Source: a virus
Taxonomy: Duplodnaviria > Caudoviricetes
IMG/VR virus record: IMGVR_UViG_3300049070_000183
Coordinates: 1-34,904 of that record
Reading direction: 5' to 3' (one strand)
Length of the DNA stretch: 34,904 bases
This document shows positions 17,289-25,479 of this stretch, in pieces; position 1 is the first letter of the stretch, and every line of letters begins with the position of its first letter. The notes beneath the pieces are model-generated. The model searched no databases. It worked only from the letters and a program-made list of their open reading frames with translations, and was not told the DNA's origin. Made by a program: the position numbers and the translations under genes.

Positions 17289-17446
17289 GACTATTGCTCC
17301 TTTCTCGTTATTACTTGATAGAGCCGGAGGGCGTGCTTTGAGAGTTGATCCAAGTACCATCGAATAAATCTCCGCATAGACACGTCTCCATATGCGTCCG
17401 TAAGTCGCTAAGTGGGGGAGCGGCTTGTGGGCGCGGTAATTACTGG

Positions 17447-17662
17447 CTAGTTGACTTCGGCTTTGGTCTTGCGATTGCCGTTTTTAGCAACCGTAGTGTG
17501 GGATTGAGACGTATGCGTTTTCATCGGCGGGGAATGGGCATAACGTTCTTTGAGAATTGCGGTCAATTGTTTAGCAAGGCTTCGAGATTGATTGGCAGCC
17601 TCTGCCTCTAGTTGCTGGCGCAGGGCCAGGGGGATTCGCACTGAAAACTTACTGTAGTTCAT
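17447..17662 (-). CDS. Arc-like ribbon-helix-helix regulator (Cro-equivalent position)
   Basis: KFSVRIPLALRQQLEAEAANQSRSLAKQLTAIL; GGAGGT RBS; first gene of leftward operon. Confidence 0.85.
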   Translation of the reverse strand: MNYSKFSVRIPLALRQQLEAEAANQSRSLAKQLTAILKERYAHSPPMKTHTSQSHTTVAKNGNRKTKAEVN

Positions 17663-17679
17663 TATCACCTCCGAGGAGG

Positions 17680-17722
17680 CATTATGCACCACAGTGGTGC
17701 AAAGTCAATACAATTTTTGTAT
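17680..17722 (-). promoter_or_regulatory. Leftward promoter with overlapping palindromic operators
   Basis: TTGACT-N16-CATAAT on - strand; TGCACCAC-A-GTGGTGCA (17685-17701) fills the spacer; ATACAA-TTT-TTGTAT (17708-17722) adjacent. Confidence 0.75.
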
Positions 17723-17890
17723 CGAGGCGAATCAAGTTCTATGTCTCTCCAATGCAATAAATACTAGATGCAATCCTAAAACAACTTTGGTATTCAATCG
17801 CTGACAATGACCATTCCCCAGAAGGAATTGGGCATGGCGTCGTGGGAAACGCGGGTATTGAAACAGACAATAAACTAAGGAGCGTACACT

Positions 17891-18169
17891 ATGAACGTCT
17901 TGCCCTTTTTTAGAATAGGGAGAGACAACCCTGTGCAAAAAACTAAAGAAGATCGCAACGAAGAAACGAAACCCAGATCAATTCACCTCCCCGCATGGCT
18001 TTGGGATGCGCTAGACAGAGACGCCAAGCGTTGCAAACGATCCGCGACGAAGCAGCTTGAAGCGTTCCTGACGCTCTGTTTCGATCCTGACGCCGATATG
18101 GAAATCGACAAAGCCGACATCTCTACGGCTCATCAAGTCGCGTCTCACAAGCGGCTGAAAGCCGGATAA
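17891..18169 (+). CDS. Ribbon-helix-helix regulator (probable repressor)
   Basis: KPRSIHLPAWLWDALDRDAKRCKRSATKQLEAFL; divergent from the other RHH; start could be GTG 17933. Confidence 0.75.
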   Translation: MNVLPFFRIGRDNPVQKTKEDRNEETKPRSIHLPAWLWDALDRDAKRCKRSATKQLEAFLTLCFDPDADMEIDKADISTAHQVASHKRLKAG

Positions 18170-18195
18170 CTTCCTCTGCCCCATCGGAGACTCCC

Positions 18196-18591
18196 ATGAA
18201 ACCATTCAGGCGGGTTATACCCGCTATTGTTGTTGCGCTGGTAATCGCTTCCCTGCCGGCGCAAGCTGATAGACAGACTATCCCATGCCCCACGTCAGAG
18301 CCGATTGTTTACCCAATGTCCGCCGATCTCCGGCCGAAGATTATTCACCGGGAGAAGGCTGCTTATACTTGCAAGGCGAAAGAAGAGAAGATCGAAGGGC
18401 GGGTAATTTTACAGGTAGTGTTTAACAAAAACGGTAGGGTTACAGACATCATTCCGATAAAAGAATTGCCCCACGGACTGACTGAGCAAGCGATAGGAAC
18501 GGCATATCTGATCAAGTTTACTCCGGCAATGAAAGACGGAAAGCCGGTCAGCGTTCGCGGATCTCTTGAATACGTTTTCGATCTTTATTGA
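18196..18591 (+). CDS. Secreted stand-alone TonB C-terminal domain protein
   Basis: Signal peptide ending AQA; AYT..AKEEKIEGRVILQVVFNKNGRVTDI...LPHGLTEQAI..AYLIKFTPAMKDGKPVSV. Confidence 0.9.
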   Translation: MKPFRRVIPAIVVALVIASLPAQADRQTIPCPTSEPIVYPMSADLRPKIIHREKAAYTCKAKEEKIEGRVILQVVFNKNGRVTDIIPIKELPHGLTEQAIGTAYLIKFTPAMKDGKPVSVRGSLEYVFDLY

Positions 18592-18608
18592 TTCCACTCC
18601 CCACGATA

Positions 18609-18676
18609 GCCCGGCCGGGCATTTTCCCATTCATGCCTCTGTTATGAGACATGACGGGGGCATGAACCCGGCCGGG
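18609..18676. terminator. Long hairpin between convergent genes
   Basis: 17-bp stem 18630-18666 (three G-U pairs on + strand) flanked by two CCCGGCCGGG palindromes. Confidence 0.55.
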
Positions 18677-18689
18677 GCCAGTCAAAAAA

Positions 18690-19778
18690 TCAAAGGACAA
18701 TTCCCTTCTTGCGGGCGGCTTCTGCGACCTTCTGCCGAATGACTTCTTCGCAGTTCGGATCGGATTCCAATTGGGCTAAAAGTTTCTTCCCGAAATGAAT
18801 CAAGTATTTTCTCTCAGAACGTGTGGAAGCTCTGGACGGACGAAACCATGCTTCGATTCCGCCTTTTGCGTTTGGCTCGAAGTGGATCTTGTCCATATCG
18901 GGCAAACTCAACCCGCCTACGGAACCCTTTTTGCGCGGTTTTGCTAGAACTTTTGGGTTCTGTCCTTTGTTCTGTTTGACCGGAACTATCAAAGGCGCCG
19001 AGGGTATAGGGGCGGAAAGTCTAGTCACAGAGGGCGAAGAAACCGGCATCACGGATCGGGCGCCTTCGACATACCGAAATTGAGACTCTTGAAGAGAGTT
19101 CAAGTTGGCCACATAGTTCTTTGCGCTGAAGCCTCGATTGTTAAAGACAAGTCGAACGCCTAACCATAGACCGTCCCACATGCCCCTGAACCGGGCGCCG
19201 AAGAGCGCGAACGGAGAAGCCAGGGCAGAGGCCAGCCGGGAAACAATCTGATCTTCCTGTGCTGTCTCGGCTCTTAATTTGAGCATCCGGGCCGCTACAA
19301 CCGGATCGGCATCCCGAATTGCGGGAATCAACAGCAATCCGATTGCAAAGTGAATGACGAAGGCCCAACGATTCCAGATCAAGAGATATTCAGGTGGGGC
19401 CACGTCGCCAATTACGCAAACCAAATAAGCGGCATTGGCGATCATCGTGGCTTTGATTGTGTATTTGCCTAAGCTGGCTAAAGCCCGTTGCGTTCCACCT
19501 TTGAATGTCGTTCGCAATCCCTGTTCAAGGGTATAAAGCGATCCTTCGACAATGGCGAACGTGGCAAGCCCAAGCCCTATGGCTAATAATTGGCCATAGA
19601 GTTTGTCGCCGGCCAAAACGGTCAGCCTGTTTTCATGACTAAAGCCGTTGACATAGGCGGTTGCAATTGCGCTAACAGTGGCCACGGTCCAAGTGATGAG
19701 CTTCAGGCGCCCATCAACTGATTTGTAGTTTTCACTGTTTGCTAGATTTTCGTAAGCTGATTGAAATTTATTCTTCAT
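18690..19778 (-). CDS. Multi-pass membrane protein with basic C-terminal domain
   Basis: About four hydrophobic segments, coiled coil, Pro/Ser linker, basic tail; start probably ATG 19778. Confidence 0.75.
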   Translation of the reverse strand: MKNKFQSAYENLANSENYKSVDGRLKLITWTVATVSAIATAYVNGFSHENRLTVLAGDKLYGQLLAIGLGLATFAIVEGSLYTLEQGLRTTFKGGTQRALASLGKYTIKATMIANAAYLVCVIGDVAPPEYLLIWNRWAFVIHFAIGLLLIPAIRDADPVVAARMLKLRAETAQEDQIVSRLASALASPFALFGARFRGMWDGLWLGVRLVFNNRGFSAKNYVANLNSLQESQFRYVEGARSVMPVSSPSVTRLSAPIPSAPLIVPVKQNKGQNPKVLAKPRKKGSVGGLSLPDMDKIHFEPNAKGGIEAWFRPSRASTRSERKYLIHFGKKLLAQLESDPNCEEVIRQKVAEAARKKGIVL

Positions 19779-19851
19779 ACTTTGTTTTCCCACTCCCAAA
19801 GGTTGAAGTTGATGTTGATGTGAATTGAAACTGCAAGAAAGTACCACAGCC

Positions 19852-20970
19852 ATGAAGATTCAAAAAGTCTGGCGCAAAGACCTGGGCGAATGGCGTTACA
19901 AAATTGACGTGACTGTAAACGGCCAGCGATTCAGGCGGGCTGACTTTGAAAAGAAATCAGATGCCAAAGACGCTATATCGGCATTGAGACTGAAAGCCAG
20001 GTCCGAACGCTATGGGCTTATTTCACCAAAGCCAAAGATCACACTCCGGGCATTGAAAAACAGTTTAGTGAAAGATCGAAAAGACATTCGGATCTTCACA
20101 GAGTTTATCGGACTGGCCGGCTCGGAGACTCTATTGACGGATCTCAACCGAGGTGACTGGAAGAAATATGTTGACTGTCTTCGGGCAAGAAAATGCAAAC
20201 CAGGGACAATCAATCGCTATATGGCCGAAGTATCAAGCATCTTGTCTTCGGCTTCAGAAAGATTCCCAGATCTGGACGAATGGCGTTGTCCTAAAATTCC
20301 GTGGCTGACTTGGCCACAAGGGAGACAGCGAGTTTTATCAAGGGAAGAGATTTCAAAAATCCTGTTTGCTCTCAGAGCCGAGCGCCAACACTACGAACAG
20401 TATTTCTCAGTCAAAAACAGAGCCGAGGTCTTAGACCTATTTCGGCTCATGCTTCTCACGGGCGCAAGGGAGGGGGAGATTTTAAATCTCAGACAAGACC
20501 AAATCTCATGGGACTGGCGAACGGTCAGGATTGAATCCCGAAAGGGCGGCGGGTCTGTTCGCGTTGTCCCGCTGTCCGATTCGGCTCTTGAAATCTTGCG
20601 ATCTCGTAATCATGGGCCAAGATTCTTTTCGATCAATAGGGATAAGCTCTATAGAGTCTTGAATCGAACGGGCGAAAGCTCCGGCGTGGCTTATGGCGAC
20701 AACATAGACAATGGTTGGGTGATTTACGATCTCCGGCATGTTGCGGCCACAGTCATGGAGAATGCCGGCATCCCATATAGCGCCGTCTCGGCAATTCTCG
20801 GCCACAAACGAAAAGACCAAACGGCCACTTATGCCCATGCTCAGTTGGACACGCTTAGGCGAGCGGTTGAAGTTCTCGAAACCCATTGTCGAGAGATTGA
20901 CGGGTTCTTTTCTGAAAAGCGGGCAAAATCAGGGCAGGGAGAGACAATGCTGCAGCAAGCATCCGGCTAG
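19852..20970 (+). CDS. int: Tyrosine recombinase / phage integrase
   Basis: N-terminal arm-binding-like domain, PGTINRYM, LLTGAREGEI (R), RKGG (K), YDLRH, ILGHK, TATYAH (Y). Confidence 0.95.
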   Translation: MKIQKVWRKDLGEWRYKIDVTVNGQRFRRADFEKKSDAKDAISALRLKARSERYGLISPKPKITLRALKNSLVKDRKDIRIFTEFIGLAGSETLLTDLNRGDWKKYVDCLRARKCKPGTINRYMAEVSSILSSASERFPDLDEWRCPKIPWLTWPQGRQRVLSREEISKILFALRAERQHYEQYFSVKNRAEVLDLFRLMLLTGAREGEILNLRQDQISWDWRTVRIESRKGGGSVRVVPLSDSALEILRSRNHGPRFFSINRDKLYRVLNRTGESSGVAYGDNIDNGWVIYDLRHVAATVMENAGIPYSAVSAILGHKRKDQTATYAHAQLDTLRRAVEVLETHCREIDGFFSEKRAKSGQGETMLQQASG

Positions 20971-21120
20971 AAGTCTTGTAATATCAATAGTTTTGTCTGC
21001 GCGGAGCCGGTTTAGATAAGCCCGCCAAATCCTGACCGATAATCCGGTTTAAATCCTGTAAACCGCCAAATAGCTAGATTTATAAGCGGGCCTGAAAGTT
21101 TTAGCGTCGAGATTTTGCCC
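20921..21120. other. Candidate attP region
   Basis: At and after the int 3' end; inverted GGGCAAAATC (20921-20930)/GATTTTGCCC (21111-21120); direct repeats CCGGTTTA x2, CCGCCAAAT x2, AAATCCTG x2. Confidence 0.5.
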
Positions 21121-21238
21121 ATAAACGGCCTACATTGGTCTTGAAATCGTCAACCCTTATCAGGGTATAGGTAGGGCTGAAATCGTGGCTCAGGCATTAA
21201 GCAGACTTAAAAGCGGCGGGGTGTAGAAGAGAGCGGGA

Positions 21239-21269
21239 GAATAAAAATAGGGCCGAGAGATCCGGCCCT
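21239..21269 (-). terminator. Intrinsic terminator of the 24116-21297 leftward operon
   Basis: AGGGCCG/CGGCCCT stem followed by ATTTTTATTC on - strand. Confidence 0.7.
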
Positions 21270-21296
21270 TATCGGTAGGAAGATCATGGCCAGAAA

Positions 21297-21590
21297 TCAG
21301 GTCAGGCGCTTAGGCGTTGCTACGCTCCCTATACACAGTGGTACAGCGCGGCTCAAAACTTCTTTTGGATCGAGTTTCTGACCTCTCGGCTTGCGCCGTC
21401 TCCGATCCTGATTGAGCGTTGCCATATCGTGATGTATGTCCCACAACAAGTGTCTCAGATTTTTGAGTTGATTGCGCTCAAAGCGCCCACTCTTTTCAAC
21501 TGCTGTAATAGCCTCTTTAGTCATCCGATCTAAGAGGCGAATACTTTCGCGCAATTCTCGTAGCACGTCGAGCTTTTGTATTTTTGTCAT
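21297..21590 (-). CDS. Hypothetical basic helical protein
   Basis: 97 aa; ATGA coupling. Confidence 0.6.
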   Translation of the reverse strand: MTKIQKLDVLRELRESIRLLDRMTKEAITAVEKSGRFERNQLKNLRHLLWDIHHDMATLNQDRRRRKPRGQKLDPKEVLSRAVPLCIGSVATPKRLT

Positions 21591-21976
21591 CGGTGAAAGC
21601 CTTTCTTGTTTCCGACTCCGACGATTCGCCCAGGCTGGACAGCGCCTTGCATTTCGGCTTGCGCTTGTAACTGCGCGCTGATTTCATCTTTGATGTTGTC
21701 TTTTCGTTTGGCTTTGCGATCTTTCAAAAGCCGTTCGAGGGTCATCATGTCGTCAAGGCCAAGATCATACTCTTCATCATTGATCATTGTCAGAATCCAC
21801 TTGTCGGCCTCCTCGGCTTTCGCAAGGCTGGCGATATTGCCCAGGCTAATCGCGGCGTCTCCGTTGCAGATCGGCACAAGGCCGAGAGAGAAGGTGATAA
21901 ATTCAAAGTCGAAAAGCTCAGCCGGCAAAAGCTCAGCGTCAGTGACTATCATTTCGGGCTTATTGTTCTCGCTCAT
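21587..21976 (-). CDS. Hypothetical protein
   Basis: 129 aa; AGGAG RBS; coupled. Confidence 0.7.
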   Translation of the reverse strand: MSENNKPEMIVTDAELLPAELFDFEFITFSLGLVPICNGDAAISLGNIASLAKAEEADKWILTMINDEEYDLGLDDMMTLERLLKDRKAKRKDNIKDEISAQLQAQAEMQGAVQPGRIVGVGNKKGFHR

Positions 21977-22233
21977 TTTTCTTCAGTCTCCTTTTCTCGG
22001 CTAAAAATTACTGTCACGAATGGCGGGCAAATGATTTTATCGGTTAGCCACCAACCATTGTTTAGTAAGTCTCGCATCCCCGCATCATTGGCGCGGGCAA
22101 CATCTCGATGCAATTCAAAAGTTTTGACATCAAACTCAAGATTGGGCCTGTTGAATCCGCGTCTAAATCCCTCTTCGACTCCGATGCTATGAAAGGCATT
22201 TTCGATCTTTGCGCCCATTTCACTTTTGCTCAT
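21973..22233 (-). CDS. Hypothetical protein
   Basis: 86 aa; AGGAG RBS; coupled. Confidence 0.7.
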   Translation of the reverse strand: MSKSEMGAKIENAFHSIGVEEGFRRGFNRPNLEFDVKTFELHRDVARANDAGMRDLLNNGWWLTDKIICPPFVTVIFSREKETEEK

Positions 22234-22564
22234 TTTTCTTTAGTCTCCTTTTCTTCGATTTCAATTGCGTTTCTGTTTGTCCCGCTCTCTCTCGATAGCA
22301 GGCTTGCATGACTTCAATCGTTCGCCTGATTTGTTGTTCTCTCCCGACAGTGAGAAGGCTGACAAGATTGGTTGAAATACCAAATCGCTTTGCTATCAAG
22401 TCTCGAATCTCTACAAAGACTTGATCGGTTGATTGCGTTGACCATTTGTCTACACGCTTTCCATATTCGGGATTGTTTGCAAGCCAATCCTGCAACATAT
22501 TCCAACGGCCATCAGGCGTTAGAGCTTCGAGGTCAGGGAAGAGTGATGTAAGGTCGATGTTCAT
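22220..22564 (-). CDS. Hypothetical protein
   Basis: 114 aa; GGAGGG RBS. Confidence 0.7.
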   Translation of the reverse strand: MNIDLTSLFPDLEALTPDGRWNMLQDWLANNPEYGKRVDKWSTQSTDQVFVEIRDLIAKRFGISTNLVSLLTVGREQQIRRTIEVMQACYRERAGQTETQLKSKKRRLKKNEQK

Positions 22565-22713
22565 GATTTGCCCTCCTTCGTGCTGAGAACTTTGCTTAAC
22601 ACCTCAGCACTAAAATCACAGAACAACCCCCAAAGCATCATGCTCCAATGAATGTTTGGAACGTTCGACATCCACAGCGAAGCCATTACAGTCGTGAAAA
22701 TCATCCTGTTCAT
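22561..22713 (-). CDS. 50-aa hypothetical peptide (absent from ORF track)
   Basis: MNRMIFTTVMASLWMSNVPNIHWSMMLWGLFCDFSAEVLSKVLSTKEGKS; ATGA overlap at both ends; GGAGGG upstream. Confidence 0.55.
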   Translation of the reverse strand: MNRMIFTTVMASLWMSNVPNIHWSMMLWGLFCDFSAEVLSKVLSTKEGKS

Positions 22714-24116
22714 TCTTCGCCCTCCTGACTCTCTTTGATAAGTTTTTGAAGCTCAGCCGTCCACGAAGCCGCATGAGGCAATGCCGCAACTTGCTCCCCG
22801 CCTGGAAGCCCTTTCACAAATTCAAGAACTTGCTCTGTCTCCATAGAGCCGAGCAAATCAATGTAGCCATCAATCGAATAGTCCGGCGCCTGTTCGTTAA
22901 TCGCATCGGCGTAGTTGACCAATTGCTGAAACGCCACTTGGACCGGGACATTGCGCTGACAGTTCTGAATCAGTCTTGTGAGGGCGTGTTGTTCGGGCGT
23001 GATGGCTGCTTGATTCTCAGATCCTTGTGCATTTGCCACAGGATCCTGAATCGCGCTAGCCCCTTGCCCTTCGGGTAGAGTAGGTAACGCTGGCCTAGAT
23101 TCTTGCGGGTTTGCGCCTTGCGTATTCGCCAAAGGCGGAACCGCTTGCGCTCCCATCTCCGCTTGCCCATTGTTTTGTCTCCCTGGAAACAGGCCACTAA
23201 AGCCGTTGAAGATTCGATCTATCGCTACTTGCACGATCTGTGCGGCCTGTCCTGATTTCACGGCGTCTCTTACTACATCCGCGTACCACGGCTCATTGTC
23301 TTTTCCATCTGAGCCGCCGAATCGTTTGATCACAGATCCCACAACCGTTTCGATCACTTCAGGCTGTTTCAAAATCGCGCTCGATAGAATCTCTTCTTCG
23401 CTGCGCTGTTGTTGCTGTGGTTGCTCAGGGGCAAAGCCGTAAGCCTCGCGCATCAACTTGGCCATCTCAAGTTGTTCTTTCAAAGCCTCGCGCTGAGTTT
23501 TCATGATGTCCTTGATCGACATCGGTACTTGCTGCGCTTGGCCGTCGCCGTTGGCCGATTGATAAACCACTTGCGGGGAAGTGGGATCATTCGGATTGAC
23601 GTGTTGAATGTTTGGCGTTGTAGGGCCAAGTCGTTTTTCCCATGACGCGACAACCTTACTGCCAGGACTCTTTCCGGGCATGTACATTCGCAACGTAAAC
23701 CAATATGTTCCCGCTCCCCACTTGCGAGCAACATCAAGATAATCTTCATTCACGATCTGTTCTTTAGTGCAGATGTACCTTGTCAGAAATTCTTTGTCGG
23801 CCCATGAGCCTCCCTCCGATGACTCGCTATGCAAATATCGCTCGATGGAAAGCCTTAACTGAGCGGCTGGCGCGATGTTGTGTTGCGCAAGAAGCTCTCG
23901 CAATTTTGTATGTTCATCTTTTACTTTTCGACGTGGCCTGTTTTCAATAGAGTCCCCGTCAAGCCCCTCCTCATCTTCTTCGGGCGCTTCTTCAACGGGG
24001 TGTAGTTCAACCCACTCAGTTTTGTGTTTAACTTCTCTGACCTTGATTTGATCGTTTTCGTCAGGCGGCAGTAGTTCGACTTCGACAGGCTGTTTCTTCG
24101 GTTTTCCTCGCGGCAT
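22710..24116 (-). CDS. Large Gln/Glu-rich protein of unknown function
   Basis: 468 aa from ATG 24116 after GGAAGGAG; folded segments separated by low-complexity linkers; no Walker motifs. Confidence 0.8.
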   Translation of the reverse strand: MPRGKPKKQPVEVELLPPDENDQIKVREVKHKTEWVELHPVEEAPEEDEEGLDGDSIENRPRRKVKDEHTKLRELLAQHNIAPAAQLRLSIERYLHSESSEGGSWADKEFLTRYICTKEQIVNEDYLDVARKWGAGTYWFTLRMYMPGKSPGSKVVASWEKRLGPTTPNIQHVNPNDPTSPQVVYQSANGDGQAQQVPMSIKDIMKTQREALKEQLEMAKLMREAYGFAPEQPQQQQRSEEEILSSAILKQPEVIETVVGSVIKRFGGSDGKDNEPWYADVVRDAVKSGQAAQIVQVAIDRIFNGFSGLFPGRQNNGQAEMGAQAVPPLANTQGANPQESRPALPTLPEGQGASAIQDPVANAQGSENQAAITPEQHALTRLIQNCQRNVPVQVAFQQLVNYADAINEQAPDYSIDGYIDLLGSMETEQVLEFVKGLPGGEQVAALPHAASWTAELQKLIKESQEGEE

Positions 24117-24135
24117 TTGGCTCCTTCCCACGTAG

Positions 24136-24169
24136 AGCGAAAAATATTTTTCGCTGAGTTTGGTGTCAA
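24136..24169 (-). promoter_or_regulatory. Leftward sigma70-like promoter overlapped by a perfect 20-bp palindrome
   Basis: TTGACA-N17-TATTTT on - strand; AGCGAAAAAT/ATTTTTCGCT at 24136-24155. Confidence 0.7.
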
Positions 24170-24347
24170 GAATCAACTGATAATTAAGTTGATGAGATGT
24201 ATAGCTAATCTCGAGTCAACCTAACGAACGTAAAGCATATACGCCTTAAACCTAACAAATGTCAACCTTTAGGGGCTTGACACCTAAGGTTCTTCCGTGG
24301 TTTCTTGCGCCCGATGTTGGCTGTTTGGTCATCGCAGAGGTCAAGTT

Positions 24348-24947
24348 ATGACGGTTCGAGGCGCGGCTTTTCCCACGACCAGCGGTCAACATCTCGCTGT
24401 CAAAATCGCCGCGCCTCCCGTCTCCCATTCAATCGAGTATAGACCCCTAATCGACGGAGACGCGGGAACGTTTCAAACCTTAGACGCGATGGTCGACGCC
24501 GTGCTTGGTCGCATTGGGCCTGACTATTCCGGCTTCAATGATCCATTCAATATCAAAGCCGCTCAGCAGATTGTTTCTTCAGCGTCCAGCCAGGATGAAA
24601 GGGCGCAAATAACCGCTCTGTTCAATTGGGTGATTGCGAACATCGCCTACGAACCGCACCCAATCAATCAACAGACATTACAAGATGCCAGACGGACACT
24701 TGAGTTAAAGAGAGGCGATTGCGTTTCGCTCAGCGTCCTACTCGCAACATTACTTGCTTCACTTTTTTACGAACCGCGTTTTGTGGCTCAGTGGCCAAAC
24801 GGAGAAGAGGCGTCCCACGTTTATGTTGAAGTTTTGTTATCTAACGGTGAATGGCTCGCCTTAGACGCTGTAGCCAAAGACGAGCCAATTGGATGGCGTC
24901 AACCGAAACTAGACGGCGGCTTTGAGTACGCCCAGGAGATTTTGTAA
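24348..24947 (+). CDS. Transglutaminase-like (papain-fold) enzyme, possible protease
   Basis: RTLELKRGDCVSLSVLLATLL (Cys), SHVYVEV (His), WLALDA (Asp); first gene of virion operon. Confidence 0.9.
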   Translation: MTVRGAAFPTTSGQHLAVKIAAPPVSHSIEYRPLIDGDAGTFQTLDAMVDAVLGRIGPDYSGFNDPFNIKAAQQIVSSASSQDERAQITALFNWVIANIAYEPHPINQQTLQDARRTLELKRGDCVSLSVLLATLLASLFYEPRFVAQWPNGEEASHVYVEVLLSNGEWLALDAVAKDEPIGWRQPKLDGGFEYAQEIL

Positions 24948-25306
24948 TGGATGACTACTTTGAATTTTGGGGATTGCCTTATACCTACGGGATTGTCCCC
25001 GTTGACGAATCGCCATCGAGACAGCCGACATCAAGCGCGCCGTCTTATGAGACGCCCTATTGGATAGACACCATCAATCGAGGGATTGAGCGGGCCGCGC
25101 AAGTGGCTACTGTCGCAGTCGGCGGCTATCCGTCGTATCCAAGCTATCCAGCGCCTACGCCGCAACCAACTCCCATGCCTATGCCTGCACCGGCGCCGGG
25201 AGTTCAACCGCAATCACCGGGGAGCGGGATTCAACTTTCACAAACAACGCTGATGCTCTTAGTTGGGGGCGTGTTGTTGTTCATGCTCGGCAAGAGGGGG
25301 CGATGA
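24947..25306 (+). CDS. Pro-rich protein with C-terminal TM anchor (putative virion membrane protein)
   Basis: PAPTPQPTPMP linker; TLMLLVGGVLLFMLGKRGR. Confidence 0.8.
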   Translation: MDDYFEFWGLPYTYGIVPVDESPSRQPTSSAPSYETPYWIDTINRGIERAAQVATVAVGGYPSYPSYPAPTPQPTPMPMPAPAPGVQPQSPGSGIQLSQTTLMLLVGGVLLFMLGKRGR

Positions 25307-25309
25307 CGT

Positions 25310-25477
25310 GTGGCGACTTATTTTGACAAGCGAGAGGGAAGGGAAAAGGCCGTGCCCGATTGCTCGAAACACGGCTTGCAATGGAATCCCAATTCGCAAC
25401 GTTGCGAACGGCCAATGTTTTCAGGGCTTCTGACGCTTGGCTTTGTCGGCTTATTGATCTGGCTTTTTAGGAAATAG
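25310..25477 (+). CDS. 55-aa Cys-pair protein with C-terminal TM (absent from ORF track)
   Basis: GTG start after GAGGGGG; MATYFDKREGREKAVPDCSKHGLQWNPNSQRCERPMFSGLLTLGFVGLLIWLFRK. Confidence 0.7.
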   Translation: MATYFDKREGREKAVPDCSKHGLQWNPNSQRCERPMFSGLLTLGFVGLLIWLFRK

Positions 25478-25479
25478 TC

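Noticed and set aside
17373-17425. Two adjacent hairpins after the first early gene (put-like antiterminator)
   Set aside because: Stems are short and one has a mismatch on the coding strand; support too weak
21043-21068. tRNA 3'-end-like sequence GGTTTAAATCC...CCA as att core
   Set aside because: T-stem does not pair and spacing to CCA is too short; no full tRNA seen anywhere in the window
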